From the NCBI GenBank assembly GCA_963732385.1, contig CAVSZB010000003.1:32001-96000 (forward strand): 64,000 nt of DNA, given 5' to 3'. Made by a program: the position numbers and the translations under genes. The stretch's first letter is position 1, and each line of letters starts with the position of its first letter. The notes under the pieces were generated by a model. It was not told the origin of the DNA, searched no databases, and saw only the letters and a list, made by a program, of their open reading frames with translations. Source of the stretch: an uncultured bacterium. Its GTDB lineage: Bacteria; Krumholzibacteriota; Krumholzibacteriia; LZORAL124-64-63. Shown one piece after another: positions 12,096 to 22,239 of this stretch.

Positions 12096-14651
12096 ATGGT
12101 TGATACGCCCGGCAGGATCCTGAACGTCGATCTCGACGAAAAGATGCGGGAGTCCTATCTCGAGTACTCCATGAGCGTCATCGTTTCGCGCGCCCTGCCC
12201 GACGTGCGCGATGGTCTCAAGCCGGTGCACCGGCGCGTCCTGGTCGCCATGAACGACCTCGACCTGCAGCCGGGCAAGCCGTACCGCAAGTCAGCCAAGA
12301 TCACCGGCGATACCACCGGTAACTACCATCCGCACGGCACTATCGCCGTCTATGACACGATGGTCCGCATGGCGCAGGACTTCAGCCTGCGCTACCCGTT
12401 GGTGGACGGCCAGGGCAACTTCGGCTCCGTCGATGGCGACGCGGCGGCGGCCGAACGCTACACCGAGGCGCGCCTGACCCGGATCGCCACCGAGCTGATG
12501 CGCGATCTGGAGAAGGAAACCGTTGTCTACGTGCCGAACTACGACGGCTCGCGGCAGATGCCGGGGGTGTTGCCTTCGGCGGTGCCGAACCTGCTGATCA
12601 ACGGCGCCACCGGTATCGCGGTCGGCATGGCGACGAACATCCCGCCCCACAACATCGGCGAGATCTGCGACGGCCTGATGGCGCTGCTCGACGACCCCGA
12701 GCTGCCGCCGGTGGCGCTGCTGGCGCACGTTCAGGGGCCTGATTTCCCGACCGGCGGCATCATCCAGGGGCGCCAGGGGATCCACGACTACATCACGACC
12801 GGGCGCGGCCGTCTCGTGGTGCGCGCCCGCACGGAGATCGAGCTCGACGCCAAGGGACGCGCCACGATCCTGGTGACCGAACTGCCATATCAGGTGAACA
12901 AGGCGGCGCTGATCGAGCGCATGGCCGACCTGGTGCGCGACGGCCACCTCGAAGGCATCAGCGACCTTCGCGACGAATCGGACCGCGACGGCATGCGCGT
13001 CGTCATCCTCCTCAAGCGCGACGCCTTCCCGCAGGTGGTGTTGAACAAGCTGTTCGCACACACCCAGTTGCAGCAGACCTTCGGCGTCAACACCCTCGCC
13101 CTGGTTAACAACCGGCCGCGCGTGCTCAACCTCAAGGAGGCGATGGCGGAATACCTGCGCTTCCGCGAGGAAGTCGTGGTGCGTCGCACGCGCTACGACC
13201 TGCGCAAGGCCGAGGAGCGGGCGCATATTCTCGAAGGCTACCGGATCGCCATCGACAACATCGACGCGATCGTGGCGCTCATCCGGGAGAGCGAATCGCC
13301 GGCGGCGGCGAAGGAACAGCTGGTGGCGCGCTTTGCGCTCAGCGAGATCCAGGCCCAGGCCATTCTCGACCTGCGCCTTGGCCGCCTGACCGGCCTCGAG
13401 CGGCAGAAGATTGAACAGGAGTACCTCGAGCTGATCCAGTTGATCGCCGAACTGAAGGCGATATTGGCCAGCCGCGCCCGCGTGCTGCAGATCATCCGCG
13501 ACGAACTGCAGGAGATCCGAGAGACCTACGGCGACGCCAGGCGCACCGAGATCGTGGCCGACGAGGGCGATATCGCGCTGGAGGACCTGATCGCCGACGA
13601 GGACGTCATCGTCACGATCACGCACGGAGGCTATGCCAAGCGCACCCCGATGGCGGCCTACCGCCTGCAGCGGCGCGGCGGGCAGGGCGCGACCGCTATC
13701 AGCACCAAGGCCGAGGACTTCGTGGAGCACTGTTTCGTCGCCTCGACCCACCAGTATCTGCTCGCCCTTTCAGAGAAGGGGCAGTGCTATTGGCTGAAGG
13801 TGCACGAAATCCCGAGCGTGGCGCGCATCGCCAAGGGCAAGCCGCTCGTCAACCTGATCCAGATCGCGCCGGGGGATAAGGTCCACGCGGTCGTGCCGGT
13901 GCGCGCGTTCCGGCCCGACCACTACCTGATGCTCGCCACGAGTCGGGGCATCATCAAGAAGACGCCGCTCGAGGAGTTCAGCCGGCCGCGCCGCGCCGGT
14001 ATCCGCGCCATCACGCTCGAGGACGGGGAGCGCCTCGTCTCCGCCACAGAAACCGACGGCACGCGCGATGTCGTCCTGGCCACGAGCGCCGGCATGGCGA
14101 TCCGCTTCAACGAGCAGGAGATCCGCCCGATGGGCCGCTCCGCGCGCGGCGTGCGCGGGATCCAGGTCGCGGCGGCGGACGAGGTGATCGGCATGGTCAT
14201 CGTCCACGCCGGCAGCACCCTGCTCACGATCGCCGAGAACGGCTTCGGCAAGCGCAGCCCGCTGGAAGACTACCGCCTGCAACATCGCGGCGGACGCGGC
14301 CTGATCACCATCAAGACCAGCGAGCGCAACGGTCGCCTGGTGGAGATCAAGGAAGTGGCCGACGACGAAGAACTGATCGTGATCACGCGGGCCGGCATCA
14401 GCATCCGCCTGGCGGTCGGAGACATCTCCACGATCGGGCGCAACACGCAGGGGGTGCGCATCATCTCTCTTGGCGAGGGGGACCTCGTCGGCGGGGTGGC
14501 CAAACTCGCCGGCAACGGTCCGCCGCGCGACGGGGTGGACGAGGCGGCCGCCAGAGCGGTACAGGCTGACGGATCCGCCGATGAGGTCGGAGACGCCGAA
14601 GGCGGCCCCGACCCGGCAGAGGAGCCCGGTCCGGCCCCGACCGTCCCCTGA
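12096..14651 (+). CDS. gyrA: DNA gyrase subunit A
   Basis: RALPDVRDGLKPVHRR, YHPHG, RYTEARL (active Tyr), GyrA-box QRRGGQG, C-terminal pinwheel repeats. Confidence 0.99.
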   Translation: MVDTPGRILNVDLDEKMRESYLEYSMSVIVSRALPDVRDGLKPVHRRVLVAMNDLDLQPGKPYRKSAKITGDTTGNYHPHGTIAVYDTMVRMAQDFSLRYPLVDGQGNFGSVDGDAAAAERYTEARLTRIATELMRDLEKETVVYVPNYDGSRQMPGVLPSAVPNLLINGATGIAVGMATNIPPHNIGEICDGLMALLDDPELPPVALLAHVQGPDFPTGGIIQGRQGIHDYITTGRGRLVVRARTEIELDAKGRATILVTELPYQVNKAALIERMADLVRDGHLEGISDLRDESDRDGMRVVILLKRDAFPQVVLNKLFAHTQLQQTFGVNTLALVNNRPRVLNLKEAMAEYLRFREEVVVRRTRYDLRKAEERAHILEGYRIAIDNIDAIVALIRESESPAAAKEQLVARFALSEIQAQAILDLRLGRLTGLERQKIEQEYLELIQLIAELKAILASRARVLQIIRDELQEIRETYGDARRTEIVADEGDIALEDLIADEDVIVTITHGGYAKRTPMAAYRLQRRGGQGATAISTKAEDFVEHCFVASTHQYLLALSEKGQCYWLKVHEIPSVARIAKGKPLVNLIQIAPGDKVHAVVPVRAFRPDHYLMLATSRGIIKKTPLEEFSRPRRAGIRAITLEDGERLVSATETDGTRDVVLATSAGMAIRFNEQEIRPMGRSARGVRGIQVAAADEVIGMVIVHAGSTLLTIAENGFGKRSPLEDYRLQHRGGRGLITIKTSERNGRLVEIKEVADDEELIVITRAGISIRLAVGDISTIGRNTQGVRIISLGEGDLVGGVAKLAGNGPPRDGVDEAAARAVQADGSADEVGDAEGGPDPAEEPGPAPTVP

Positions 14652-14876
14652 GGCGACCGTGAAGCACGACGCGCCCCCCATGCCGATCGCGGGGGTCGCG
14701 CTCTTTCCAGGTCGTCCCCGCCGGTGAATCGCGCCGTCCGTACGGCAACGCATCGGAAGCCAAACAGCCACGGGCAGTTGAGGGATTTCCGGCTTTTTTG
14801 CCACGAATGTGGCGCGCGGGTCATAAAAGTGTTCCGAAACGGGGACCGGGATTCTTGGCGAGTATCATTTTCCTCG

Positions 14877-14906
14877 TAGACAAGCCGACACAAAACAGCG
14901 TATTAT
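14877..14906 (+). promoter_or_regulatory. Putative sigma70 promoter of the AraC regulator, in an AT-rich tract
   Basis: TAGACA-N18-TATTAT. Confidence 0.45.
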
Positions 14907-14996
14907 GGTAAAAGTTCAGACTCAGATATATTTTTATAGGAAGAATGACACCATAGAATCACAACCCGGACACCACTCGTCTCGGGGGGATAGCAC

Positions 14997-15890
14997 GTGG
15001 AAGAACGCTTGGAAAGGATCGAAGAGGCTTGGAGTACGTTCATCATCGAGTTTCCGGCCTGTCCGCGCGTGGCGGTCGGGGGCGGGGATGACTACCAGAA
15101 AATCCTGTTCCTCTGCTCCGCCTCTGAGCGCAATCCGGCCGAACTGTGCTTTGCTCTTTTCGGCCCGAAGATCCTGCTGCGCCAGTGTCAGCGGGATGAG
15201 GACTGGGCTGATGTGCCGGGGACCCGCCTGATCTTCGTCTATGCCGCGGAGACGCCGCCGGCGTTGCGTCAGATTTTGGCGCACTATCAGGCCCGGCTGA
15301 ACACGCCGGTACTCGTGGCTCAGAAGTCCAACCTGCACAAGACCGCCCAGCACGTCATCGAGTTCCTCTCGAAGTCCTCTGCCCCGGAGGAGGCCGCCGC
15401 GACGGCGCACGACGCGGAAGCGACGGAATCGGGCGAACCGGAGGGGGGCCTCGTGCCACGGCCGGGGGGGGAGAAACTCTGGGTCGGTCCGCTGCCGGAA
15501 ATCGAGTTGCAGGACGAGTCGGGGCGCCGGACCGGCGCGTCCGCTGCGATCCAGGACTATCGCGCCGAGTACGCCTGCCGCTTCGTGCTGGCGCACTACC
15601 GGGAGGACATCAACCGCGATCGCATGGCCGAAGCGGTGCATCTCTCGCCTGGTTACTTCTCGAATCTGTTCCGGTCGGAAGTGAAAATGAGCTTCAGCGA
15701 CTATCTCATCCAGGTGCGGATCGAGAACGCCAAGCGCCTGCTCCGTCGGTTCGACCTGTCAGTGGAGGCGATCTCGAAGGAGTGCGGATTCCACAGTTTG
15801 GCGCACTTTTCGCGCACCTTCAAGGACCGCTGCGGCCTTGCGCCGCTGAAGTACCGCAAGAATCCGGTGCCGCCATCTACGGTGGCGTGA
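14997..15890 (+). CDS. AraC/XylS-family transcriptional regulator
   Basis: C-terminal double HTH: AEAVHLSPGYFSNLFRSE...RIENAKRLL...ISKECGFHSLAHFSRTFKDRCGLAPLKYR; N-terminal domain not recognised. Confidence 0.9.
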   Translation: MEERLERIEEAWSTFIIEFPACPRVAVGGGDDYQKILFLCSASERNPAELCFALFGPKILLRQCQRDEDWADVPGTRLIFVYAAETPPALRQILAHYQARLNTPVLVAQKSNLHKTAQHVIEFLSKSSAPEEAAATAHDAEATESGEPEGGLVPRPGGEKLWVGPLPEIELQDESGRRTGASAAIQDYRAEYACRFVLAHYREDINRDRMAEAVHLSPGYFSNLFRSEVKMSFSDYLIQVRIENAKRLLRRFDLSVEAISKECGFHSLAHFSRTFKDRCGLAPLKYRKNPVPPSTVA

Positions 15891-15968
15891 CCTCCCCGCG
15901 ATACGGCCTGACAGCGGGCGCCCATCTCCGGAGGGCGCCCGCGCCCGTTCCGGTTGATGCGGCCCCGG

Positions 15969-16925
15969 TCAGCGCACCGCCGCCCCCCGCGCCGCCATGC
16001 GTACCACATAGAGCAGCCAGAGCCCGGGGAACAGATCCGGCCGGCGTCGACGCAGCGCCACCTGGAGCGCCGGGCCGACGCTGGGCAGGAGCGCGGCGGC
16101 CGCTACCAGCGCCAGCTCGAGATCCATGGGACGGGCGGCCAAAGCGTGCCGCAGCCCGCTGGCGAGCAGCGCAAAGGTGGCCAGCAGACCGTAGAGAGGC
16201 ATGAGGACGTGCGCGGTGTCGGCGGAGACCAGCCCGAGCCTCAGGCCGTCACTGAGCGACGCCTCGCCGAGGCGGCGCTGGGCGCGGTAGAAGTCGCGCA
16301 AGCGGCGACCGGTGCCCAGGCGCACGCCGTCGGCGCGCGTGAGAGCTACGAGGCGACGGCGGGCAGAACCGGGCCCGGTGATGCGCCGCAGAAGCTCCGT
16401 CACCGCGACGGCGCCGTAGCCCTCGGGGAGGCCGCCGGCCGCCAGGAACTCGAATCGACGCACCGCCAGAAGCCGGATATCGAGGCGACGCGCCGTCGCG
16501 TCGGACGGACGGGCGAGGCAGCGCTGCGCCCAGGCGCGCTGGACCCACGAGGCGTCCGGACCGGAGGGGGGCGCCGGACGCACGCCGACAGCCGCCACCT
16601 GGGCCAGCTCCAGATGGTGCAGTGAGGCGCGTATCCAGTCGCGCGGCGGTGCGCAGAGAGGGTCGAGGAAGAAGAGGGTGAGGGCGTCGGTCTGACCGGC
16701 GGCGAAGTTGCGCCGGAATTCGGCGTCGGTTCCGCCGCGCACGAACAGCCGCGCGTTGTGCTCCCGGGCGAGGCCAAGAGTGTCGTCGACGCTGCCACCA
16801 TCGACGATAATCAGGTCCAAATCTTCCCGGGGCCAGTCCAGTTCGGTCACTGCGCGCAGCGCTGCGCCGAGGGTGTCAGCGTTGTCGAGAGTGGGCACGA
16901 TGACCGCTACCGACGGCGTTGACAT
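15969..16925 (-). CDS. Glycosyltransferase family 2-like membrane protein
   Basis: PSVAVIVPTLD..LIIVDGGSVDDT, RRNFAA, FFLDP (degenerate DxD), C-terminal TM helices; AGGAGG RBS. Confidence 0.8.
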   Translation of the reverse strand: MSTPSVAVIVPTLDNADTLGAALRAVTELDWPREDLDLIIVDGGSVDDTLGLAREHNARLFVRGGTDAEFRRNFAAGQTDALTLFFLDPLCAPPRDWIRASLHHLELAQVAAVGVRPAPPSGPDASWVQRAWAQRCLARPSDATARRLDIRLLAVRRFEFLAAGGLPEGYGAVAVTELLRRITGPGSARRRLVALTRADGVRLGTGRRLRDFYRAQRRLGEASLSDGLRLGLVSADTAHVLMPLYGLLATFALLASGLRHALAARPMDLELALVAAAALLPSVGPALQVALRRRRPDLFPGLWLLYVVRMAARGAAVR

Positions 16926-17042
16926 GGACTAACCTCCTTTCTGATAATAAATTGTGGATCGGGCGGCCGACCTGCCGGCGGGTCGGCGCCGCCGGCGACG
17001 AACGGGAAGCCGGACACGGATCCCGGAATCTTCCGGCTAGCC

Positions 17043-17058
17043 AGCAAGTTTGGCACCA
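17043..17058 (-). promoter_or_regulatory. Putative sigma54 (-24/-12) promoter of the glycosyltransferase
   Basis: Minus strand TGGTGC-CAAAC-TTGCT (GG-N10-GC). Confidence 0.5.
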
Positions 17059-17106
17059 GCCCGCGCCCGGGATCGCCCGCGGCGGCGGCGCGGAACGGCA
17101 CGGCGC

Positions 17107-19086
17107 ATGTCGATCGTCTCCCTGCAGAACGCCAGTTTTGATTTCGGGCGCGAAAAAATCCTGCACGAGTCGAGCCTCACCATCTTTGCCGGGGTGAAGA
17201 GCGCTCTGGTGGGCGACAACGGCGCGGGCAAGTCGACCCTGTTTTCCCTCCTCGCCGGGGATCTGCCGCTGCACGGCGGCACACGTCAGGTCGCCACGCG
17301 GGCGGTCATCCGCCTGTTGCGCCAGGAGACGACGGTCGATTCGGGGCCGGCGGGCGGGGGGGCCCTGTACGACAGTGTGCTCGGCGCGGCGTTCGCTCCC
17401 GAGCTGGCGCTAGAAGACGAGTTGGCACAGGTGGCGAAGGTGCTCGAAGAGGCGCCCCCTGACGCGTGGGAGGAGTTGGCGCGGCGCCAGGGACGTCTGC
17501 AGGCGGAGTACGAACGGCTGGCCGGCTACAGTTGCCGCGCCCGTCTCGAAAGCGCCCTGCACGGGCTCGGCCTGCCGCCCGACCTCTGGTCGCGATCGCT
17601 CGGCACGCTGTCTGGCGGTGAGCGGCGGCGCGCGGCGCTGGCGTCGGTCCTGCTGGCTGGCGGCGACCTGCTGCTGTTGGACGAACCGACCAACCACCTC
17701 GATCTCGATGCCTGCGAATGGCTGGAGGAGTTCCTGCTGCGCCTGCCGTGCGCGATGATCCTCGTCTCTCACGACCGGTTCTTCCTGGATCGCATCGCCA
17801 CCCAGACCCTGCATCTCTCCCGCGGACGCCTCACCACCTACACGGGTAACTACACGTTCTTCACGCGGGCGCGCGGCGAGCAGGAGCGGCAGGCGCTGAC
17901 GGCGTGGTCGCGGCAGCAGGAGCGTATCAAGGGCACGGAAGATTTCATCCGTCGGAATCTCGCCGGACAGAAGACGAAGCAGGCCCAGTCGCGCCGCAAG
18001 CTGCTCGCGCGCGAGGAGCGGCTCGAACGACCGCCTGGCGAGGAGAGTGGGTTCACCATGCGGCTCGTGCCGCGGCGCGAGAGCGGCGGCATGACGTTTG
18101 AAACGGAGGACTTGTCGCGCGGATTCGACGGGCGGCCGCTCTGGACCGGACTCGACCTCCTGGTGGCCCGGGGCGAACGTCTCGGCATCGTCGGCCCCAA
18201 CGGTTGCGGCAAGAGCACGCTGCTGCGCCTGCTGGCGGGTCTCGACCTCCCGGACCGTGGCGGGGTGAAGATCGGCCACCACGTTGATCTCGGCTACTAC
18301 GACCAGCACTTGCGAACGGTCTCCGACGCCCGGACCGTGCTCGAGGAAATGTCTCACGCCGCCCCGGCCGCAACGGTCGGCGAGTTGCGCAGCTTCCTGG
18401 CCGCCTTCGGCTTCGGCCCCGACGCCTTCGATCGCCCCGTCGGCGCGCTTTCCGGCGGCGAACGGGGGCGGCTGGCGCTGATGCGACTGATCAAGGAGGG
18501 GCACAACACGCTGCTGCTCGACGAGCCGACCAACCATCTCGATGTGAACGCCTGCGAGGCGCTCGAAGAAGCGCTCGCGGGCTTCGCGGGGACGCTGATC
18601 GTGGTGAGCCACGACCGACGCTTCCTCGACCGCGTGGCGCAGCGCCTGGCGGTCTTCGCGCCCGACCCGACCGGGGCTGCGGGCAGTCGCGTGGAGCTGT
18701 TCTCCGGCAATTACGCTCAGTGGCGCGAACGTCAGGCGGCGCTGGCCGTCCTCGCCCCCGGTTCCGTCCGCGCCAGGGGCGGTGGCGAGCGGGGCGGGGG
18801 GGGGGCGCCGGTCGACGCATCCGGAGTGCCTGGCGCGACGGAAGCGCCGCTGAGCAAGAACGAGCGGACGCGCCGTCTGCGCTGGATCGCGGAGGCGGAG
18901 GCGGAGATCAGCCGGCTTGAGCGGCGGCGCGACGAGGTGATGGCGGAGCTGGCGCAGCCAAGGCTCACGCCGGCGCGTGTCCGCGAATTGAGCGAAAGCC
19001 TGGCCGAGACTGAAGACGCGCTTGCCGAGCGGCTGGCTCAGTGGGAACAATGGGGCCGAGAAATCGAGGGAGCAACGGATGGCTGA
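17107..19086 (+). CDS. ABC-F family ribosome-associated ATPase (YheS/YdiF-like)
   Basis: Two NBDs (GDNGAGKST, LSGGE, LLLDEPTNHLD; GPNGCGKST, LSGGE, LLLDEPTNHLD), no TM segments, C-terminal coiled coil; start ATG 17107. Confidence 0.93.
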   Translation: MSIVSLQNASFDFGREKILHESSLTIFAGVKSALVGDNGAGKSTLFSLLAGDLPLHGGTRQVATRAVIRLLRQETTVDSGPAGGGALYDSVLGAAFAPELALEDELAQVAKVLEEAPPDAWEELARRQGRLQAEYERLAGYSCRARLESALHGLGLPPDLWSRSLGTLSGGERRRAALASVLLAGGDLLLLDEPTNHLDLDACEWLEEFLLRLPCAMILVSHDRFFLDRIATQTLHLSRGRLTTYTGNYTFFTRARGEQERQALTAWSRQQERIKGTEDFIRRNLAGQKTKQAQSRRKLLAREERLERPPGEESGFTMRLVPRRESGGMTFETEDLSRGFDGRPLWTGLDLLVARGERLGIVGPNGCGKSTLLRLLAGLDLPDRGGVKIGHHVDLGYYDQHLRTVSDARTVLEEMSHAAPAATVGELRSFLAAFGFGPDAFDRPVGALSGGERGRLALMRLIKEGHNTLLLDEPTNHLDVNACEALEEALAGFAGTLIVVSHDRRFLDRVAQRLAVFAPDPTGAAGSRVELFSGNYAQWRERQAALAVLAPGSVRARGGGERGGGGAPVDASGVPGATEAPLSKNERTRRLRWIAEAEAEISRLERRRDEVMAELAQPRLTPARVRELSESLAETEDALAERLAQWEQWGREIEGATDG

Positions 19087-20389
19087 GTCCAGGAAATCGC
19101 ATGACACAAGCACGGCCGCGGCGGTGGAGCGGGTCATCCTGGTCGGGGTCCACCTGCCGCTGCGCTTCGGCGAGGAGATTGGCGGCCCGCCCGACACGGC
19201 GGAGCTGGCGCGACTCGTGGAAACCGCCGGCGGCGTGGTGTGCGGCGAGATCCTGCAGAAGCGCGACCGGCCCGAGCCGTCCACCTTCCTGGGCAAAGGG
19301 AAGCTGGCCGAACTCAAGACCCTGATCGAGGAGCGCAACGCCAGCCTGGTCGTCTTCGACAACGATCTGGCGCCGGCGCAGGGACGCAACCTCGAGAAGG
19401 AGCTCGGCGCCCGCGTGCTGGACCGCACCGAGCTGATCCTCGACATTTTCGCACGCCGCGCCCGCACGAGCGAGGCGCGGCTGCAGGTCGAGCTGGCCCA
19501 GTTGCAGTACATGCTGCCGCGGCTGACCCGACTCTGGTCGCACCTGGAGCGGCAGGCGGGCGGCATCGGCACGCGCGGCCCCGGCGAAACGCAGCTCGAA
19601 ACCGACCGCCGCCTGATCGGGCGCCGCATCGCGCAGCTCAAGCGGGAGCTGGCCGAGGTGGCCAGCGATCATCGCCAGCAGCGCCGTCGCCGGCAGGGGG
19701 AGTTCACGGTGGCGCTCGTCGGCTACACGAATGCCGGCAAGTCGACGCTCATGAACGCCCTGACTCAGGCAGGAGTCTTCGTGGAGGATCGCCTGTTCGC
19801 CACCCTTGACGCCACCACGCGACGCGTGGACGTGGACGAGCGCCGCCGCTTCCTGCTCACCGACACGGTGGGGTTCATCCGGCGCCTGCCTCACCACCTC
19901 GTGGAGTCGTTCCAGGCGACCCTGCAGGAGGTGCGCGACGCCGATCTGCTGCTGCATGTCGTGGAGGCGTCGAGCCCCAGCCCGGAACGGCAGATCGAGT
20001 CGGTGAATCGCGTGCTGGCCGGACTCGTTCCCGAGGATCGCGCGGTCCAGCTCGTCTTCAACAAGATCGATCTCGCGCCCGACGAGGCGCTGCGCAACCG
20101 GTTCGCGCGGCTGCATCCCGAAGCGCTGTTCGTGTCGGCCCTGGCGCCAGAAGGGGCCGACGCAGTGCGGGAGTCGATCGTGCGGCGTCTCCTGGCGAGG
20201 GAAAAAGTCTACCGGTTGACGATCCCGGCCTCGCGCTCCGACCTGATCGCCGTGTTCCACCGCACCGGCGCCGTACTGGAGCAGATCTGGGAAGGGGATA
20301 GCTGCCAGGTGGTTGTGCGGATGCGCGAGGAGGAGCACCGGCGCCTGCTGGCGCGCCATCCGTTGTTGCGTGGAAAGGGCGCGGCATGA
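19079..20389 (+). CDS. hflX: Ribosome-splitting GTPase HflX
   Basis: LDRTELILDIFARRA, GGIGTRGPGETQLETDRR, VGYTNAGKST, LFATLD, DTVGF, FNKID. Confidence 0.97.
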   Translation: MAESRKSHDTSTAAAVERVILVGVHLPLRFGEEIGGPPDTAELARLVETAGGVVCGEILQKRDRPEPSTFLGKGKLAELKTLIEERNASLVVFDNDLAPAQGRNLEKELGARVLDRTELILDIFARRARTSEARLQVELAQLQYMLPRLTRLWSHLERQAGGIGTRGPGETQLETDRRLIGRRIAQLKRELAEVASDHRQQRRRRQGEFTVALVGYTNAGKSTLMNALTQAGVFVEDRLFATLDATTRRVDVDERRRFLLTDTVGFIRRLPHHLVESFQATLQEVRDADLLLHVVEASSPSPERQIESVNRVLAGLVPEDRAVQLVFNKIDLAPDEALRNRFARLHPEALFVSALAPEGADAVRESIVRRLLAREKVYRLTIPASRSDLIAVFHRTGAVLEQIWEGDSCQVVVRMREEEHRRLLARHPLLRGKGAA

Positions 20390-21705
20390 CCGACCTGCGC
20401 GAGCTGCTGCGCAACCGCTCTTTCCTGGCCGTCTGGAGCGCCTCCCTCGTATCCGGTCTCGGTGACAAGATCGCCATCATTGCGCTCTACCTGCAGGTGT
20501 ACCGCATCTCCGGCCGCGCGGTCGATCTGGGCGTGCTGGCGGCGGTGCAGATCGTGCCGGCGATTCTCCTGGGTCCGGTGGTGGGGCTGTTGCTCGACCG
20601 GCGCGATCGTCGCACCGCGATGATCTGGTGCGATCTTGGCAGTGCCGTGGTGGCCGGGGCCCTTGCCTGGGCGCATGATCTGCCGGCGGTCTACGCTTTG
20701 GCGGCGTTGTTGTCGGCCGGGCGCCAGATCGCCGGGCCGGCGCGTTTGGCGCTGCTGCCGGACATCGTGCCGGCGGCGCAACTCAACCGGGCCAACGCCC
20801 TGACCATGGTGACGCAGAACCTGGTGCTGCTGGTCGGCCCCGCGATCGGCGGCGGGCTGGTGGCGCTGTCGGGCACTGCCGCGGCGTTCGGGGTCAACGC
20901 GGTGTCGTTTGTCGCCTCGGCGGCGCTGCTGGGTGCGCGTGGATTTGTCTACCTCGAGGAGGCGCTCACGCGCCGCGCCGGCAGAGCCATGGGCGCGGTG
21001 GCCGCCGCGTCGAGCCGGGCGCGCCTGGCCGCGGCCGGAGCCGACATCCGCGAAACAGCGTGCTGGCTCTGGCGGCAGCCGCGGCTGCGCTTCGCTTTCC
21101 TGTTCCTGGCCGGCATGGCCTTCGTGACCGCCATGCAGCAGCCGCTGGTGATCGTGTTCGTCAAGAGCGTGTTGCGGCGCGGCGACGTCGATCTGGGCCT
21201 CGTGCTGTCGGCGGCGGGCCTGGGCGGGCTCGTGGGGGCGCTCGCCGCCGGCCTGCTCTCACGCGGACGGCAGACGCTGCGCAATGTCACCTGGCTCGTG
21301 GCGATCGATGGCCTGGCGCTGATCCTGTTCGCGGTGAACCGCAGTTTTGCCGGCGCGCTGCTGCTCTTCGGCCTGTTCGGCGCGCTTGGCGCCGCCGCGC
21401 AGATCAACCTGGCCACGTTTTTGCAGAAGGAAACCCCGGAAGACCGCCGCGGCCGGGTGTTCGGGTGGCTCAGCCCGCTGATGGGGCCCCTCTCGCTGCT
21501 TTCGGTATTCTGCGGGCCGCTGGCCGCCGACGCCCTCGGGGTCGTGGCGGTGCTCGCGGTTTCCGGGCTGTTCGAGCTGATCCTCGGCCTGGCCGGCCGC
21601 GCGTTCCTGCCGGTCCGCCTGACGGCGCAGGATGCAACCCCCTCGGCAGAATCGGCCCCGCAGGCGGGCGAACTGCAAGCTCCCGGGACGCCGGGCACCT
21701 TATAA
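20386..21705 (+). CDS. MFS transporter (MFS_3/DHA3 macrolide-efflux-like)
   Basis: About 12 hydrophobic helices, GLLLDRRDRRTAMIWCD motif A, PEDRRGRVFG; ATGA overlap with hflX. Confidence 0.88.
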   Translation: MTDLRELLRNRSFLAVWSASLVSGLGDKIAIIALYLQVYRISGRAVDLGVLAAVQIVPAILLGPVVGLLLDRRDRRTAMIWCDLGSAVVAGALAWAHDLPAVYALAALLSAGRQIAGPARLALLPDIVPAAQLNRANALTMVTQNLVLLVGPAIGGGLVALSGTAAAFGVNAVSFVASAALLGARGFVYLEEALTRRAGRAMGAVAAASSRARLAAAGADIRETACWLWRQPRLRFAFLFLAGMAFVTAMQQPLVIVFVKSVLRRGDVDLGLVLSAAGLGGLVGALAAGLLSRGRQTLRNVTWLVAIDGLALILFAVNRSFAGALLLFGLFGALGAAAQINLATFLQKETPEDRRGRVFGWLSPLMGPLSLLSVFCGPLAADALGVVAVLAVSGLFELILGLAGRAFLPVRLTAQDATPSAESAPQAGELQAPGTPGTL

Positions 21706-21741
21706 CATTCATATTATCATGGTTTTGAGAGATCCGCGGGG

Positions 21742-21757
21742 TGGCACATGCCTTGCT
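21742..21757 (+). promoter_or_regulatory. sigma54 promoter of the minor pilin operon
   Basis: Exact TGGCAC-ATGCC-TTGCT 64 nt upstream of the first pilin ATG, preceded by AT-rich tract 21701-21728. Confidence 0.8.
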
Positions 21758-21821
21758 GCCTCTGAGCGGCTCACTCTCCCCGGGTTCCAGGGCAAGGGCC
21801 GGAAACGAGGTATTCAGCGCC

Positions 21822-22238
21822 ATGCTGAAGGACAAGCGCGGCTTCAACCTCGTCGAGATCATGGTTGTGATCTCGGTGTTCGGCCTGGTGGCGGCCGTGT
21901 CGCTGCCCGCTTTCGGTAATTACGTGCGATCCAACCGTCTTTCAACTTCAGTGAACCGTTTCGCCGCCGATCTGCAACTGGCCCGCTCGACCGCCATCGC
22001 CAGCGGTCGCGCCGTGCAGGTGGCGGTGCGGGCAGACGGCTACACGATGACCGATCTGGGTACCGGCAGCGTGGTGTGGAGCCGCACCTTCGAGCCCGGA
22101 GTGGCGCTTTCGGCCGGCGGCGATGTCCGCTTCTTCCCGTGGGGCCAGTCAGACGCGGAGGATTTCAGCGTCGACGGCTGCAATGGCGCGACGCGCACGA
22201 TCAACCTTTTGCCGACCGGAACGGTGGAGGTCCACTGA
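21822..22238 (+). CDS. Type IV minor pilin FimT/FimU (GspH-like)
   Basis: Prepilin site RG|FNLVE; ADLQLARSTAI and VRFFPWG motifs. Confidence 0.85.
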   Translation: MLKDKRGFNLVEIMVVISVFGLVAAVSLPAFGNYVRSNRLSTSVNRFAADLQLARSTAIASGRAVQVAVRADGYTMTDLGTGSVVWSRTFEPGVALSAGGDVRFFPWGQSDAEDFSVDGCNGATRTINLLPTGTVEVH

Positions 22239-22239
22239 G

